Of a stretch of 64,000 bases of DNA, positions 13,042-25,552 are shown piece by piece. The stretch is from Sarea resinae. Taxonomy: Eukaryota. Position 1 is the first letter of the stretch, and every line of letters begins with the position of its first letter. A program made the position numbers and the translations under genes. The stretch lies in NCBI GenBank assembly GCA_026026165.1, contig JAPEUD010000003.1, positions 1 to 64,000 on the forward strand, given 5' to 3'. Below the pieces are notes generated by a model, which was given only the letters and a program-made list of their open reading frames with translations, had not been told where the DNA came from and did not search any database.

Positions 13042-13468
13042 CTACTTGTGTCTCAACTCCACCAAACCCGTCTTCTCGTTGTAGACCTTCTTCCTCCACA
13101 CCGCATCTTGGCCACTCATCCTTCGACTCAGCGCTCTGTCGATTTTTGCACCTAGTGCTAATTTATTCAAATCCTCAGTTTTCTCGGGGCTTGGGACAAA
13201 ACGCTGTTGAACAAGTCGCTTCTCCGTGAGTCTATCGAAAGTGTCGGTCCATTCCTTGATCTGAGCGAGAGGGAGGTCGTTGTAGTACCCAGTCGTACTC
13301 AAGGTATTTGTACTGGGTGTGAGAGACGGCGTGTGACTTATAGTAGAGAACCGCAAAGACGAACGAGTGCTCTGAAACAGACACATTAGCAACGCCGGCG
13401 GTAATTAAAAATAAGTAACAACTCACATTGCGAAGAAACGGCCTGGATGACTCTATGGATCGACCCAT
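13042..13468 (-). CDS. Small fungal protein of unknown function (~123 aa; intron 13372-13426)
   Basis: MGRSIESSRPFLRN|STRSSLRFST...KLALGAKIDRALSRRMSGQDA; GTGAGT donor, GCTAAT branch, CAG acceptor. I recall the ALGAK..RAL.RRM.GQDA motif from filamentous-fungal hypothetical proteins. Confidence 0.75.
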
Positions 13469-15299
13469 CTCGACTATGAAGCCTTAGAATTCGCAAGTTG
13501 CAGGTGATGCTTGGTAGACAACGAGACCGCTCGAGAAGTCTAGCCTCTATGAGAGAACTGCGAGGGGTTGGATTCCAGGATGGTAATCGAAAGACGTGCG
13601 ACTCGAAAGACGTGCGACCCGTGAACCTGAAGACCTTGCAAGTCGAATATTCTGATATGAGAGATGAGTCTCGTGCAATAACACTCGCTCTTGAATGAAA
13701 GGAATAGCAAGATAGAGGCACAGTTGCGGCTTCAAGGGCGGATTGAAAAGGAAAGGCAGGATGGATGCCGAGAAGACCGGGACGCTGTATCTTCGTATAC
13801 AAATGCCTGCTGTAGCGTAAGATAATTGTAACGAAGGGAAGGCAATTGGATCAGAGTGTTGGGAAGGCTGGAGAGTAGGGAAAGTCAATGTTATATTGTA
13901 CTCCGTAGTATTGTGTCGGATTGCATGCAGATGGGCACGGTAGGGAGTTGTAACTTCGTACATGGATCCATGCGATTAAGAGGGGGCCTCATTGCGGTAA
14001 ACGTTTCAGTCCTCCAGTTGCTTGTAGTACGAAGTACTTGATACGAGCTACGGATACTAGCAGTCTAGGTACCCAAGGTAGGTATCCCTACCTACTAACC
14101 TACTACCTTACCGAGTAGGTACCTAGGTACGGTAGGTACTTACCAGGTAGGGAGTATCTCCTGAGCCGTCGACCTATCTGACAATGAGTACAGAGTACAT
14201 AGAAGTAATATTTGATAGCCCCGGAGGATTGGCAAACCTTACCTACCTACGAGTACTAAGGTACCTAGATATACCCTAAAATACTACGCAGTAGAGCAGC
14301 TCTGGAGGTCAGCATCGACAAGCCCGAGCCCAGGAGATATGTTTCCATGTTGGAGTCGAGGACTCGCCGTACTGCGGTACTCTAATCGCGCCAAGGTACA
14401 GCAGACATCCATGGATAGCACATGTACTCCGGAGTAAGTCCACCAGAGTAGTGTGATACTCTTGGTCCCTTACCGACCGCTCAAAGACTTATTATCAATT
14501 GATGCCTCTTACGACGGCCTAAGTGCGTACTTTATTATGGAGTCCTGTCAGGGTAGGTAGGTAAGGTAGGTAGGTAAGGTAGGTAGGTAGCTGGGGGTAG
14601 GTACCTAGAAGTCCTTAGCTCTCTTCCCACGGTGGGGTGCCCACGCGCGCGGAGCAGGTAAGGAGGCGAGTTGACAACCTTTTCGGGGAAGGTTGGGAAG
14701 CACAACCGATTGAGCTCGAGCCGTAGGCGAATCGACCTTGAAAACATAAGGTAGCTGCTTCACGTGGAGGAATCATGCCGGCATCGCGAGTGGAGAGCCA
14801 AAATGTTCCAGGTTCAGAGGTGGGTACTCAGTACGTACCTAAGGTACTTAAGGTACTTACCTTATTGGTGGATTCCAGGTACGCTTGCGTTTTGGGGTGG
14901 GCACTAATGTAGGTCGGGTACCTCAGGTACTCAGGTAAGGTAGATACCTTGAGTAAGGTACTTAGTGCCCTTCACTAAGAGGTACTAGATGCAAGGTAGA
15001 CCTGATCATAGTCAGTACATGTTCCAACCAGAAAGTACAGTATCAAGATACCCGTACCTGTGGGCGTCTGCAATCGATGAGGTGGATATCAAATCCTTCT
15101 GACGTCGACCCACCCGTAGTACATAGTACGTGCTGCTGCAGCTGTCAAATACCACCATATCAAAGGGCCATTCATTGTTGCATGTTATCTGTCCCTTGGA
15201 TCTGGTGACTACCTACCTTGTATCCTTGTTTGCCTACCTGGGCGTGAAATCGGAGACAACTGGAGGTAAACATTGCAAACTGGAACACAACGTGAAACC

Positions 15300-17062
15300 A
15301 TGCCGAAGCCGAAGCAACGACTGAAGGAGCACAAAAAGAAGACAAAACAAAAGAATCAGGTTTTTAAGATATCCTTTTTGGGACAACATTTTCATCTCAA
15401 GGCTGACGGAAGGATATATAGGGACCAGAAACAGCTGATGAGTTTTTGGAGGGTAGGTTTCTCTCGGCGGCCTGGAACAGGCCCGCCATTAAGCAATTGA
15501 CTCCGTTACTTATCTTATTTCGCAGTCGGAGTCCAATTCGAAGAAGCTGCCGAGAAATGGCGAGCTGGCGATGCTGCAAAATCCGTGCGCTTCTTTCTAC
15601 GCGCCATTGAAAACTATGACACTGCTCTCAAGCAATTCCCGGACTCATTCGACATGGCCTACAACAAGTAAGCCAGAATCTTCTGATTGGCTGCTTATTA
15701 TATGCTCAATATCTTCGATACAGGGCGCGCGTGCAGTACCAAATTACTCAATATCCCAAATTGGCTGCTCAGATACCAAAGCCACTGGATGAGTTGTTAT
15801 ACATCGCTTTGGAATCTCACAAGAGGGCGCTCAATCTAAGGCAAGGGAACGCCGATACGCTGTTGTAGGTGCTGCTTCCCCGCTGTAACATTGATCCTTA
15901 TCTGATATGTAGTAGCAATACTGCGCAGGTCTTGACGAGCATTTCTGAAGTTATCCTCGAAAGCCAAGCTTCATCAGGTGATGCTCGGCCTAAGGCTCTT
16001 AAATTGATCGAAGAAGCTATTGAATTCTTTCAACGATGTTTCTCCTTGCAAGAATACCAGTACTCCGAGTCTCAAGCTCAGGCCAAGGCGGTCGAGGCGG
16101 AGTTCTCACGATTGGTCGAATTCGACAATAGTCAAGAAGGTGACTCTACGATGACCGATATTGCCCAGGAGAAAGGCGAAAACAGTTCCGAAACTGAACA
16201 ATGGGCTTCGGTCGTTGAGCCTGTCACGAAAGATACTCTTCTTGACACAGCAATTGCGGAGGTAGAGGCTCTCACTACACTCTGCGGGCTGACTGTAGAG
16301 TATTCCGGTAGAGGCTTAGCTTGGGTTGAAGAGCTTTCGACTGGACTTCTACAGGAAAAGATATCTGAGTACGTCCAAGGAACAGGGCGCGAGGAGGAAG
16401 TCGCGCGAGCTAAGGGCAATCTTATCTGTGCAATTGGAGATGCTGGCTATCGTCTCGGAAAAATTGATCTGCAAACCTATGAGTTGCAATTGGAGTCTGC
16501 CTTTCCGAAGAATATCCAGATCTACAACGACGCGGAAAGTCTCTGTGCCGAGGCGGATGCGCACTTGACTCTGAATTCAACAATATCCGAATTTTCGGCG
16601 TCCCAGACGGGCACACACACAAGCCGGCTCATTGCAAGCCGCTGGAACCACCTGACTTTGGCTCTCTCCTCTTTGACCTCAGCCTCCAAGCTTCCTACGA
16701 CCGAGAACGCGAAGATCAATATCGCGCGTGGCGATACTGAGCTTCTTCGATTCCGACTTTCTGAACAGCCGCTGCAATATGATATTGCCATTAAGAATGC
16801 TCCCACCCTACTTAAGAATGCACAAGTCTACTATCGTGGCGCCGCAGTCATCGCTCATAATACAGGGGAGTCAGACAGAGTGATAGAGGCTGAAGTTAAA
16901 GGAGCAATTGCTGCATTGTTGGCGGGTGACACATCAGATATTCAAGCAGTCCTTCGGCAACGGAAGGACGTCGTTGGCCCTATTTTAGTAGATATGGCCG
17001 AAGACGGCCTTCTTGGTATGGATCAGCTTGCTGACGTGGAATCATTGGCGAATGCGCCTTAG
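15300..17062 (+). CDS. Conserved fungal TPR-like helical-repeat protein (multi-exon)
   Basis: Spliced N-terminus MPKPKQRLKE...GPETADEFLEVGVQFEEAAEKWRAGDAAKSVRFFLRAI...FDMAYN joins the long helical exon ending at TAG 17062. Confidence 0.75.
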
Positions 17063-18033
17063 TCTGTGAATCTATCCCTTGACTGGGATGGGTCAAGTTC
17101 GCTGCGGTCGAAGAAGGCGCGTCTAAATCCCAATGAATATCCCTCTAGTGGTGATCGGCCATTCTCCATACCACCAGCGCAGTCGAACTTTGAGACATAG
17201 AATACTAAATACCGTGTCCAGAGTCCAACGGTACCCATCTCACACTAAAAGTGAGCTTTTCACATGGGACTGTACTGTTGTAACAGCAATAGGGACCCTG
17301 GTTGTATAAGCGCAGCAATGATTCATGTTGAGGAAGTCCAAGAATAACAGTATTTACAGCTCAAAATTGTTTTTTTGACTGCTCCAAGAGGAGCTTGGGA
17401 TGTTGTTGCCTGAGGAGAAAGGTTGGCATCGAAGGATCCGTTGACAAAAAGTCAATTTCTACTGATGGTTGTGTAAAGCACACACTTTATTTTAGTAGCT
17501 CGGTCGAGTTGCAGTCTTGCAGTCTGGCAGTCGTGTGCACCCGGAACATGCATTCGTGCTTCGGGGGAATAGATTTCATGACCTAGTCCAGCTCTTGTCG
17601 TGCATGGACGCCCTCCGGATGAAGAAGGTAAGGCGAGAAAGGTTCATGGATGTCAAGGCTTCAGATCAACACAGGACTCTGCTGAGCAGCCTGCACGAAG
17701 ACCCCGCACACCATCACTTTACAACGCGTCCGCATTCCGCATTCTGCATTCTGCATTCTCCAGTTTTCAGCAAAGCATACCCAATTGAGGATACTAGATA
17801 TCAATTTCCCAGCAAGCATGCGCATGCCAGCAATACTGCGCGGTACGGAATTCCCTGGGTCCGGGAAAGTCTGCCGAGTATAACTTATCTTCATATCAAT
17901 CGTCAGTGTCTCGGACGTTGTGCTTCCCATACAACCGAGCCATTTTCTCCAGACATTCACCCTATTGTCTCGTAGTCTACTACGTTCTCTGCCCTTTATT
18001 TCGCGGTCTTTTATTCGACTGTTCCTGTCCAAA

Positions 18034-19905
18034 ATGTCCTTAGATACAGATATCCTCATCATCGGAGCTGGGATGTCTGGTATTGGCCTTGCAGTCCAAC
18101 TGATCCGCAACTACGGCCTGAGAGATTTTGAAATTGTTGAAAAAACGGAGGATATTGGAGGAACTTGGTGGATGAACACATATCCTGGGTGCGGATGCGA
18201 CGTCAGTATATAGCCTTGCGACTGTCGATCCAATGTGCTTTGACTGAATCTCACTCCAGGTCGCTTCCCACCTCTACTCGTACTCATTTGCTCTAAATCC
18301 TGACTGGACGCAGAAATTCTCGAAGCAGACTGAGATCCAGGCCTACTTTCGCAAAGTAGCAGAATGCTACGGTCTCTTTACGCATGTGTCGTTCTCCTCC
18401 ATGGTACGGTCCTCAAGATGGGACTCAAGAACAGGTACCTGGATGGTCGAGATCTTGGAAGTGAAGACGCAAGAAGTGCGAATGCGTCGGTGTAAGGTCC
18501 TACTGTCAGCTGTGGGGGCTTTGTCTGTGCCCAAAGAATGTGAAATACCCGGGGCATCAAATTTCAAAGGCTCGTTGTTCCATTCCGCGGAATGGGATCA
18601 CAACTTTGATTACACAAAGAAAGGAGTTGTTGTGATCGGTACGCTGTCTTTGATTGTGCAAGTTGGATGAGCACTAATCTATATTTCTAAGGAAACGGAT
18701 GTAGCGCCACACAATTTGTGCCGGTGATGAGCGATGGCGAAAACAAAGCCAAAAAAATAACTCAATTCAGTCGACAAGCTCACTGGCTATCAGAGAGACC
18801 AAATCCAGCGTATTCAGCGCTCTTCAAGTGGACTATGAGATGGGTCCCAGGCGCTATGCGTGCTTACCGAGCGAAGATATACTATGATATGGAATGGGAT
18901 TTCGCTGGCTTCTATATCAAGTCTGGAGAGAAGATTCGACAGGGCCTCACACGGACTGCCATTGATTATATCAAGAAAGAAAGTCCCAAGAGATACCATG
19001 AGGCATTGATACCGAAGACAGTCATAGGATGTAAGAGGAAAGTCATGGATACGAGCTATCTATCATCTCTACATCGAGAGAACGTCGAGCTTATTCACTC
19101 GGATCCAATCCAGAGAATTCAGGAGCGTGGGGTGATCACAGAGTCAGGTAGGTATGTTCATGCTGACGCGATCGTTCTCGCAACAGGCTTTGCCACCAGT
19201 CAGGTCCTCTTTCCCATGGAAATATACGGAGAGAATGGAGTGAGCTTGAACAAACATGTGAGGGCGTCATTGATTTTTTTTTCGTAAGATTCTATAAAGG
19301 CTGACCTGCAAATGCAGTGGGCGAGCACTAGCGACGGGGCCGCCCAAGCTTACTATGGCACCTGCGTGTCTGGCTTCCCAAATTTCTTCATCATGATGGG
19401 ACCAAACACGACAACGGGCCACCTCTCAGTCATATATAGCGTTGAATGCCAAATAAACTTCACCATGCGCCTGATCGAGCCAATTCTACACTCGCTCCAT
19501 CCCCGCTCCTCGCTTCTGTCGTTTATCAAAAGATCACAGACCTCCCCAGATGTCGTGGCCGTGAAATCTGACGCTGAAAAAGCCGATAATATCTGGATCA
19601 TGGAAAAGACTCAAGAATTGGTCTGGTCCTCCGGCTGCTCGAGTTGGTATCTAGATCCGAAGACAAACCGCAATGTCATGATATACCCATCCTGGCAATT
19701 TCATTTCTGGCTACGAAGCATCTTCATCCCCCAAAAAGACTTTATATATCGCTCATCGAATGCGCGTGAAAAACCGGACGGAACAAATAGAAAGAAGTCT
19801 ATTGCTTTGGTGTCTTGGGCTGCGACTGCTGCTACTGCGGTGTTGATAGGCGTTGCTTTACTTGCTATGAAAGCCGCTGAGGCTAACGGGTGGGAGAATC
19901 AGTAA
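18034..19905 (+). CDS. Flavin-dependent Baeyer-Villiger-type monooxygenase (3 introns)
   Basis: [11 protein letters not shown] motif, [19 protein letters not shown] fingerprint [12 protein letters not shown], second Rossmann VIGNGCSA across an intron, [15 protein letters not shown]; hydrophobic C-terminal tail. Confidence 0.93.
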
Positions 19906-20171
19906 GCAAACTAGTGGGCCTGATGGAATAGTCGCAATCAGTCGGCGAAAGTCTTTCAAATTCAAGGAGGATTCACGCAAGAAATAAATCGCGCGGCTTG
20001 CTTGATTGATTACATCATGCTTTCCAGAATCCAAGAACCCCTAGAGAAAAGAGCAAGTTATTCAGCATCACATGTCAATCAGAAAAGGTAAGATATATAT
20101 GCTTTTAGATGGCTATTTCAATATTTCAAAGGCTGCTTTGCTATCAGGGTATTCAGTCAATATCTCGCTGC

Positions 20172-22083
20172 TCATAAGAATTTAAGAAACGGGTCAATCG
20201 CCATATCTTCACCGTGGCTCTCTCCTTCCGTAAGCGTTGGCTGGCATGCAATGTAATCAGGCACAAATGAAGATGCCTCATCCTTTGGGCCATCTAGCTC
20301 CATAACACCAAGGCCTCGATCATATGCGAGGAGCCGCTGCATTTCTGTCGGCTCTAGCATCTGCTCTGTAATCAATGAGCTCCCACCGGAGAATGAATAA
20401 GTATCATCCCCAAGCCAGAATGCCCCGCCTTCTGTTGCTCTGCGCTCTAGCTCGCGCTCGACATCGACTTGCTGCGCTGCCTGCTCATCATTATTTGTAG
20501 GCGCGGGCCAGGCTTGATCTTCTGAAGCTCCCGTGCAGAACGGAAACCCCGTGAGGGCTGCTGCCCCTCCAGTCATTCTCCGTTCATTATCAGGCTGAGC
20601 CAGACCATGCTTCGCCTTAAGATGCACGGCGAGGTCGTATTGTCGGAGAAAGCGGTATTGACATCCAGGTTCGAGGCACGTAATATCGCGGCCACTCGCT
20701 TCGGCATAACCAGCGCCAGTCAGACGGTCGAAGGCAGACACTGGACTGGTCTTCTTTTTGACTCCGTCCATAGATACGGGCCTGCTCTCTCTTCTCTTCT
20801 TCCTTGCCCTTTCTAGGCCCAGATGTGCCGTCCTGACGTGCTCTTCAAGTGACGCTTTAGATGAGAAACCACGCCCACACGCGCCGATACCGCTCCATGT
20901 CTCGAGGTCTTTGCTAGAGCTCAGGTCGGTTTCACCACATACGAAACGTCTTTCCCCTCCGTGAACAGTACGTATGTGGACGGTGAGATTGAATTTCTTT
21001 GTGAAGCCTCGGCCGCAGTCTGGATAGTCGCAGATGTGCGTTCTTCTGTCGTCGACGTCTATACCTGAATGATGGATATCAACATGCTGCCGTAGCTCTC
21101 GTTGAGTCTTGCATGCTTGATCACAATGTATGCACTTTGGAGGATGGACAATGCGAGTATGCTCCTGTAGAAGGGAGTACGAGGCGAAACCAATTCCTTC
21201 TCCGTTGCCATATGCCTTTCCTTTATTGTTTAATTGCTCGGTGCACTCTGAACACCAGAAGCGTTGATCGCCATGGGCTCGACGCTCGTGCTTGCGAAGA
21301 CTAGTTGACGTATCAAATCCTTCGCTGCATTGCAAGCCAGTGTCAGGGTCGATTTTGCTACACGGAAATGGTTTCTGATTCAGATGAGATGCGGCAATAT
21401 GCCTCTGTAGCGTAGCATGCTTGCGAAATGTTTCACTGCATGGAGGATAATTTGTGCACCGATATTTCTCTCGACCTTCGTGTGCCGCCTGATGTCTCCT
21501 GAGTCGCGTGGCGGTCAGGAAGCTTTTACAGCAACCCTCCCAGTCGCACGTATAGTCCCTTATATCGGTATGTGCACTCTTTATATGGTGCGATAGATGT
21601 GCCTCACGGAGGAAGTCTTTGTTGCAGCCGTCGCGATTGCATTTGAAAGGGCGTTCATTGGTGTGAGAGCGAATATGCTCCGCTAGGCGTGCTGGTCGGT
21701 TGAAGGCCCTGTCACAATTCTCGTAAGGACAATGATGCGTTTTGAATTCGGAGGGCGGTTTTCGCGGAGATGCTGATGGCGTAAGAGGTCGTGACTGAGG
21801 GCGAAAAGCAGGATCATCTTGACCGCTGGGCGACGATGGTGCGGAGCAACTGAAGTCTTCGTAGTCGGACGTGCCGGCATCTATGGCCCAGTGTCAGCAG
21901 TCCGCGTCATGGGACTTACTTCTGATGATATGTCCAAAGAAAAGACAAGAGGTCGAGGAGCTTACCAGGCGTGGGGATCGAATGAGAGGCTCGAGACCTC
22001 TTGGGCGGAGATTGCACTCGTCCGGCAGCCTTCCGTTTACGAGAGTGCGTGCTCAAATGGGCCCTGCTCTCGGCCATATCCAT
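20172..22083 (-). CDS. PZF1: Transcription factor IIIA (multi-C2H2 zinc finger; PZF1/Sfc2-like); intron 21881-21965
   Basis: Tandem C2H2 fingers (CPYENCDRAFNRPARLAEHIRSH-TNERPFKC..., CDYPDCGRGFTKKFNLTVHIRTVH), at least eight, plus head-to-head position with RPB6. Confidence 0.85.
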
Positions 22084-22502
22084 GTTGACAGCCTGGCAGC
22101 GTCGATGCGTTGAAATTGTGCTTCACAAAAGATGCTATTGGGTTGACATGTCAACCATCGTTGCCACGAGGTAATGAGGCTGACTTTGAAATGTTGGTAT
22201 CTGGCTTCTGTGCCGTGTGGATATGTATAGAACAGAATAATTTGGTGTTGAGGACCAAGAAGGGAGAATTGTAAGGCCGGCATCCGAAGCTCGGTTTCTG
22301 GACCAATCGCCAGTGGGCTACTTTCTCGTACCAGGGAACTTTCCCGAGTCGACGTTGGCGCTATTATTAGGCGACAATTATCCGATATCCAATTATTTTC
22401 GACATTCAGCGAGAAGAACGAGAACCAGACAGTCAAGGTGAAGAAGAGACGGAGAGAGCGCACAACCTCCTTTGGCGGAACAACTGCGACGATATTCGCC
22501 TC

Positions 22503-23263
22503 ATGTCGGACTTCGGAGATGATGGTGAGGGTGGTGGTGACGAGTAAGTCGTCTGCGCCGCGCTCTTTGAAGCGCAACACCTGGCTTTGCCATGACTGAT
22601 GCTGATCGCTGGCGTTCAGGAGCTACGAGCCCTACTACGATGAAGGCCCTGCCTTTGACGAGGACGAACCGGTGGAGCCACAGGATCCGGATGATCCAGA
22701 GGCCCGCGGAGGTGATATCAACGGCGACGTGGAACGAGACGCCCAGATCGATGATGAGCTGAATGGCCAGAGGGGGCCTGATGAAGATCGAGTGGTAGTA
22801 GGAGGAGACCCAAGTGCCGCTGCAAAGAAGAATGGGCTTGAAGGTCTGAACGAGAAAAAGATACCGGATGATAAGCGTACTACGACCCCATATATGACCA
22901 AATACGAACGAGCGAGGCTGCTGGGAACGAGAGCGCTACAGATCAGGTGGGTACAGTCCAGGAGCATCAGGAGAACACAATGGTCACGTCGCAAATGAAG
23001 ACTCTGAAGAGCGAGGAGCTGATGTATTTTGGGATTTAGCATGAATGCGCCGGTCTTGGTCGATCTTGAAGGCGAGACCGACCCGTTGCAGATCGCAATC
23101 AAGGAGCTACGGGAAAAGAAGATACCTCTGGTTGTCCGGAGATACTTGCCTGACGGATGGTATGTCTACTCTCTGTTACCGTGGCCGTTCACGCCTTTGC
23201 CAAGCGCATGCTGACTTCTATCACTCTAGGTATGAGGACTGGACGTGCGAGGAGCTTCTGTAA
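22503..23263 (+). CDS. RPB6: RNA polymerase I/II/III shared subunit RPABC2 (3 introns)
   Basis: Acidic N-terminus, [47 protein letters not shown]...[18 protein letters not shown]. Confidence 0.98.
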
Positions 23264-23802
23264 GGGGGTCTCAAAAGTTTTCTTTTCTTTGTCATGGCGA
23301 CTTTTGTTTTAATTATCCCCCAACGACTGTGCGCATTTGGTAATGCGGAGGGAACGGGTAGTTCGGAGTTGGCATTATCGCATCCCTGCGTGGCTTGATG
23401 ACGCAGCCACTTCTCTTTTGAAGTAGAGTCACACTGCCAATTTTCGATCAAGGCTGTATTTGTAAGCAAATCATGGAAGCTTTACCGGTGCAGATTGTTG
23501 TAAAGACCGTGGCCATGTCAAGCATGAATACCGCATGAGACCCTACTCTGAAGGATCGATGTGGCCGACAGGGGAAATTCTTACCTCCCTCGGGAAGTCG
23601 GCAGGCGGAGGGCTAGAAGCGGAGTGGGGTACCGCAGTGCGCTGCGGATCCGAACGTCATACATATCCACGAAAGCCCCCCAGGTATAGAGGTAGAGAGG
23701 GCGATTCTTAGATAGATCAGCTCCCAACCAAGCTTCCAAACCAATTCGCCTTCACTTGTCTGCTCACATTGAGACAACCAAAGAAGAACAATATACTTCA
23801 AC

Positions 23803-24932
23803 ATGTCGTTCCAGACCAAGGCTACCATTGCCTCTTTCGGCGGCAAGTTGCTGAAGCTCACACACAATGCGTCCACCACCGGCTGCGAAATGGCTTTGAA
23901 TGTGTACCTGCCACCGCAAGCTGCAACAACCAAGGTGCCCGTTCTGTTCTATCTCTCGGGCTTGACATGCACCGGCGACAACTGTGCAGAGAAGGGTTTC
24001 TTTCAACATGCCGCAAGCCAGAAAGGCATTGCCGTCGTGTATCCAGACACGAGTCCACGTACGTAGCAATTGGAAGCCGAAGATACCAAGTAGAAGAATA
24101 GGAAGAAGACGACGAACTAGATTCAGCTGACGAGGATATTCGACGCGATCTCTAGGAGGACTGAAGATCGAAGGCGAAGACGAATCATGGGATTTTGGCA
24201 CCGGTGCGGGCTTCTATGTCGACGCCACCAAGGAGCCCTATACCAAGGGCTACAAAATGTACAGCTACATCACCGAGGAGCTGCCCAAGGCTCTCTTCTC
24301 GTCATTTGATCAACTAGACTCGAGTCGAGTTAGCATCACCGGACACAGCATGGGTGGGCATGGCGCCCTCACTCTGGTATGTGTGATGAGATTCCCATCC
24401 ATCGCCGCTGCCACTACTCATACTCATGAGAACAACGCGAGGAACTCGCAAATGCTAATCCGAATTCTTCCATGACGCAGTTCCTGAAGAACCCTGGCAA
24501 ATACAAGTCCGTCTCAGCCTTCTCTCCCATCGCCAACCCAATAAACTGCCCCTGGGGCCAGAAGGCATTTAAGGGCTATTTCGGCGAGGACCAAACCCTC
24601 TGGAGAGATCACGACGCCACTGAACTAGTGAAGAAGTGGAAGGGCCCGCTGGATGTACTCATAGACGTCGTGTGTTTCCCATCATCCCATCATTCGTAGG
24701 TACCGCTCGTTTCTTTTGCTGATTGTGATCCAAAACCAAACAGGGAACCGGAGACAACTTCTACAAGCAAGGACAACTCCTTCCCGAGAATTTCGTCAAA
24801 GCCGCCGAAGAATCCGGACACAAGGGCGGCGTTAACCTCCGCGTGCACCCAGACTACGACCACAGCTACTTCTTCATGGCCACATTTTCCGACGATCACG
24901 TCAACCACGCGGCCAAATATCTTCTGAAGTAG
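23803..24932 (+). CDS. S-formylglutathione hydrolase / esterase D (3 introns)
   Basis: [25 protein letters not shown], nucleophile motif GHSMGG, SAFSPI, C-terminal YDHSYFF. Confidence 0.96.
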
Positions 24933-25360
24933 TACGCCGTTTCTTTCTCTCCCATCTCTTGCCTCTTATTGGGAAAGAAGCAGAAGGAGAGAAAAGAGGA
25001 AGGAGTGCCATCGAAGCCCGAGCTAATCCCTGCAGAAGCGATGCAAACAGAAGTCAAAAGCTATAGCTTCTTCCTTCGAGTACATAGTATGTAGTATATA
25101 GTACGAGGTATCGTCAATCATGATTCACGATCGACTCTGGGGGTTTTAGGAGGGGGATGGGCTTCTCGGGGCAGTGATTCGTGTCCATAGTCTTCATCTA
25201 AGATGATCTAAAATTCGTTCCTCGTATGTAAAGTGATACAGAGTACCCCATGTACCATGGGTGAAACTCCGACACTGGATTGAACCGAGCAGAGTCATTG
25301 TGTTTGTAACTGTTCTGGATCTGATGTTTTCCGAATGGTTGGTTTAGGGATAGTGACTAT

Positions 25361-25552
25361 AGTATTCAGGTTTTCTAGACAGTCTTCGGTGTCGACACAG
25401 CCATCTCGTCCCAAACAACGGGCAAGTCTCTCAAGAGGCAAAAGTGAGCGCTTTCAAAATGATGTCTAGGTTCAGAGTTCAGCCTTCAGGTGCCGGTGCT
25501 CGGGACATTCTATTTCCATCACAATCAACTCGTGGCTATTTATCATCGACTC
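25361..25552 (-). ncRNA. Candidate intronic box C/D snoRNA, snR4-like (~190 nt)
   Basis: Minus strand: C-like box ATGATAA (25546-25540), terminal D box CTGA (25369-25366), internal CTGA; lies in a 300-nt GT-AG intron (25275-25574); has CTAGACATCATTTTGA and GGCTGTG segments that resemble yeast snR4 as I remember it. Confidence 0.55.

Noticed and set aside
17395..17975. ORFs upstream of the BVMO
   Set aside because: No recognisable motifs; probably promoter or 5' UTR.
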